From the NCBI GenBank assembly GCA_024704765.1, contig JAKMXF010000298.1, forward strand, positions 462,050 to 526,049: a stretch of 64,000 bases of DNA, read 5' to 3'. This DNA comes from Oopsacas minuta. Lineage: Eukaryota > Animalia > Porifera. Of this stretch, positions 63,066 to 64,000 are shown piece by piece (positions within the stretch are counted from its first letter, which is position 1; each line of letters opens with the position of its first letter). The position numbers and the translations under genes are program-made. The notes below the pieces were generated by a model. It saw nothing but the letters and a program-made list of their open reading frames with translations, had not been told where the DNA came from and did no database searches.

Positions 63066-64000
63066 ATGGCGACTCCTTTGGGGAATTCGGAGCGTTTTTG
63101 GTTCGAGACAGAAATTCTAATTAACGAATCTTTCAACAGGATTGTTGACGAAGTTAACGAGAGAAGAATTTTAGTGTTATCTCAATTGAAACATTTACAA
63201 AATTTAAAATCCGAAATTCTGAAATCTATAAACGAGCTTGAAAATGTAAAACTGGAGATTAAAAATGAGATAACTCAAAATAGAAACCACGATGCAATAG
63301 ACAAACCAATTGCGGATTTGAACAAGAAAATATCTCTCTTACAGATAGATGCATGTAATGCTGATGTTGATTATCAGTTCAGCTTTGACGATAAAGAGTT
63401 GAAACGAGCTTTGGCTATTCTAGGAGCTATAGAGAAAACTCCAAAGCATTATCTAACTAAGAAACATGCACACTCTGTCATTCCAATCGCGTCTAAAAAG
63501 TATAGTGGTAGATTATCTGTGAACGAAGAACTAGGTTTAATTGCAGTGAATAACTTTTGCGAAAACCAAATTATTTATTTTAGCCTTGAAGGAAAACGAC
63601 TACGTTCTTTAAGAGACAGCTAGAATCTTCTCGAAGAATTTTAGCAATTGAGCTAATAAACAACGAAGAAATAGTTCTATCGGATCAACATACACAAAAG
63701 GTTCTTCGGCTTCAATTTAACCCATTGGGAAAACCAATGCTAAGATACTTTCAGAAACGAAGAAGAATTTTGAATATATCGTCTCTATTTGTTATGATCA
63801 ATATTCACACCTGATTTACGCAATTTCATCAACTAAACATTGTCTTAATATTTTTGATAGAAATATTGCCTTTATTAAGACAATAACACTCGCATGCTGC
63901 ATTTTCCCGCAGAGTATATTCGCTACGAAGACGATATATATATAGTAGACTGTGGCAATCCTTGTCTACATACTCTATCTAAGTCTACATATCAACAAAT
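63066..64000 (+). pseudogene. Coiled-coil plus NHL/beta-propeller gene with about three frameshifts; runs off the window
   Basis: ATG 63066; coiled coil like the other NHL paralogs; stop at 63623. Propeller-like sequence resumes in other frames (EEIVLSDQHTQKV; SICYDQYSHLIYAISSTKHCLNIFD; DDIYIVDCGNPCLH). Confidence 0.75.

Noticed and set aside
1-64000. CRISPR arrays, bacterial defence systems, rRNA or an SL RNA gene
   Set aside because: No regular repeat-spacer array, no prokaryotic gene organisation, no rRNA-like tract; no leader/donor/Sm-site arrangement I could support by eye.

Overview
AT-rich eukaryotic (animal) nuclear DNA with GT-AG introns and no prokaryotic features. Compact, often intronless genes and several NHL-repeat paralogs suggest a sponge, possibly a hexactinellid (inference only). 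Left to right: intronless SRCR-lysyl oxidase; the 5' five exons of NAT10, whose introns contain an antisense NHL gene and apparently the same-strand LOXL gene; N6AMT1; EMC5/MMGT1; an NHL gene with two in-frame stops; three LITAF genes; GST-theta; six-exon ANKEF1; five GT31 (B3GALT6-like) copies (3 intact, 2 dead) with patchwork identity; an NHL-only gene; four-exon TMEM104; intronless SMPD1; a frameshifted NHL gene. Intergenic DNA is dense in hAT- and Tc1/mariner-type MITEs, Helitron/Helentron-like repeats and two tRNA-like sequences. The strongest unexplained signal is a 3' splice-acceptor-like TAG one base before the ATG of many unrelated genes, which together with a tight EMC5-N6AMT1-NAT10 run suggests spliced-leader trans-splicing and possibly operons. 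Splice sites and repeat alignments were read by eye; nothing was checked against a database.
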